From: Candidatus Margulisiibacteriota bacterium
GTDB taxonomy: Bacteria > Margulisbacteria > WOR-1 > O2-12-FULL-45-9
DNA: 34,899 bases
Assembly (NCBI GenBank): GCA_043816785.1
Contig: JBDRHP010000045.1
Span: 1 to 34,899 of the forward strand
Direction: 5' to 3'
Shown: piece after piece, positions 34,037 to 34,899 of the stretch
Layout: each line of letters opens with the position of its first letter
Numbering within the stretch: position 1 is the first letter of the stretch
The notes under the pieces: generated by a model
Told to the model about the DNA's origin: nothing
Database searches by the model: none
Seen by the model: the letters and a program-made list of their open reading frames with translations, nothing else
Translations under genes and position numbers: made by a program

Positions 34037-34899
34037 ATGAGACAAAACGCAAAAAAAACAACAATAGCGCAGATCGGGCTTGGGAAATGGGGCATCAATC
34101 TTCTCAGAAATTTCAATGCATTGCCAGAATGTCGCCTTAAATATGGCTGTGACTTAAATTCAGATCAGCTGCGTAAGTTTTCACGTGATTATCCAGATGT
34201 CAATTTTACTAGCAGTTACGAAGATGTGCTCCAGGATAAAGACGTTGAGGCAGTGGTGGTGGCTACTCCAGCACCAGCGCACTACGATGTCGCCTTAAAG
34301 TGTCTCAAGAATGGTAAACATGTTTTTGTTGAAAAACCGATCACTTTGGCGGTTGAAAAAGCAGAAGAGCTTGTTCGCCTGGCTAAAGAAGTTAATAAAA
34401 AACTAATGGTAGGTCATTTACTTCTTTATCATCCTGCGATAGCAAAGCTTGCGGAGTTAATCAAAAATGGAGAACTCGGGGAAATTTATTATATTTACAC
34501 TCAACGATTAAATTTGGGGAGAATCAGAAATACGGAAAACGTAGTCTGGAGTTTAGCCCCGCATGATATATCTATAATATTACATCTAATGAGCCAATTT
34601 CCTCAAAGCGTATCTGCCCTTGGAGCATCTTTTGTCCAAGAAGGAATTGAAGATGTGGCTTTTTTAAATATTAGATTTGCAGGCAGAGGCATTGGGCATA
34701 TCCATGTTAGCTGGTTGGATCCGACTAAAACCCGCAGGACAATTGTAGTGGGCAGTAAAAAAATGGCTATTTTTGATGAAGTTTCCAATCGTGATACTTT
34801 GATTTTGATTGATAAAGGCGTTGACCGTAATCCAGATTTTAAGACCTTCCAAGAATTTTTAAAATTGAGATTTGGCGAAGAAAATGGCATAAAAATTTC
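34037..34899 (+). CDS. Gfo/Idh/MocA-family oxidoreductase (WbpB/WlbA-like), 3' end cut by the window edge
   Basis: Absent from the ORF track because it has no stop in the window. From ATG 34037 it reads MRQNAKKTTIAQIGLGKWGINLLRNF...VATPAPAHY...GKHVFVEKP...MVGHL...WSLAPHD. Confidence 0.9.
   Translation, partial: MRQNAKKTTIAQIGLGKWGINLLRNFNALPECRLKYGCDLNSDQLRKFSRDYPDVNFTSSYEDVLQDKDVEAVVVATPAPAHYDVALKCLKNGKHVFVEKPITLAVEKAEELVRLAKEVNKKLMVGHLLLYHPAIAKLAELIKNGELGEIYYIYTQRLNLGRIRNTENVVWSLAPHDISIILHLMSQFPQSVSALGASFVQEGIEDVAFLNIRFAGRGIGHIHVSWLDPTKTRRTIVVGSKKMAIFDEVSNRDTLILIDKGVDRNPDFKTFQEFLKLRFGEENGIKI

Overview
A large bacterial cell-surface glycan locus. It opens with the tail of rmlA and a complete rmlB, separated by a spacer holding two REP-like palindromes. 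A consensus sigma70 promoter with a TGTTCA-N5-TGAACA inverted repeat then precedes an EPS-associated MarR-type regulator and a tightly coupled + strand run of about 24 kb (1882-26018). That run encodes a Wzx flippase, five radical SAM enzymes (three with full cobalamin-binding domains, one with a shortened one, one SPASM/twitch), two GT-C-type membrane proteins, two polyprenol-phosphate-type GT2s, a GtrA protein, three GT4s and a second nucleotidyltransferase. It also holds a sugar-tailoring cassette: SDR, RmlC, split transketolase, DegT-fold enzyme, B12 radical SAM and HddA-like kinase. Two convergent minus-strand membrane-protein genes follow. Next is an intact 1601-bp DDE insertion sequence with a 5-bp ACTAG target duplication and doubled terminal repeats, then a second operon: HTH_17 regulator, Wza/SLBB exporter, Wzz-like protein, WbpA-like dehydrogenase and a Gfo/Idh/MocA oxidoreductase cut by the window end. 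The strongest candidate for a new system is the tailoring cassette. Its transketolase has two conserved substrate-binding His replaced (GHP to GIP, GH to TR) and its DegT protein has His in place of the PLP lysine plus a Cys cluster, which suggests an undescribed route to a branched or deoxy sugar delivered by a GtrAB/GT-C lipid-linked pathway. All family calls come from motif recognition by eye, and the host taxon cannot be determined from this window.
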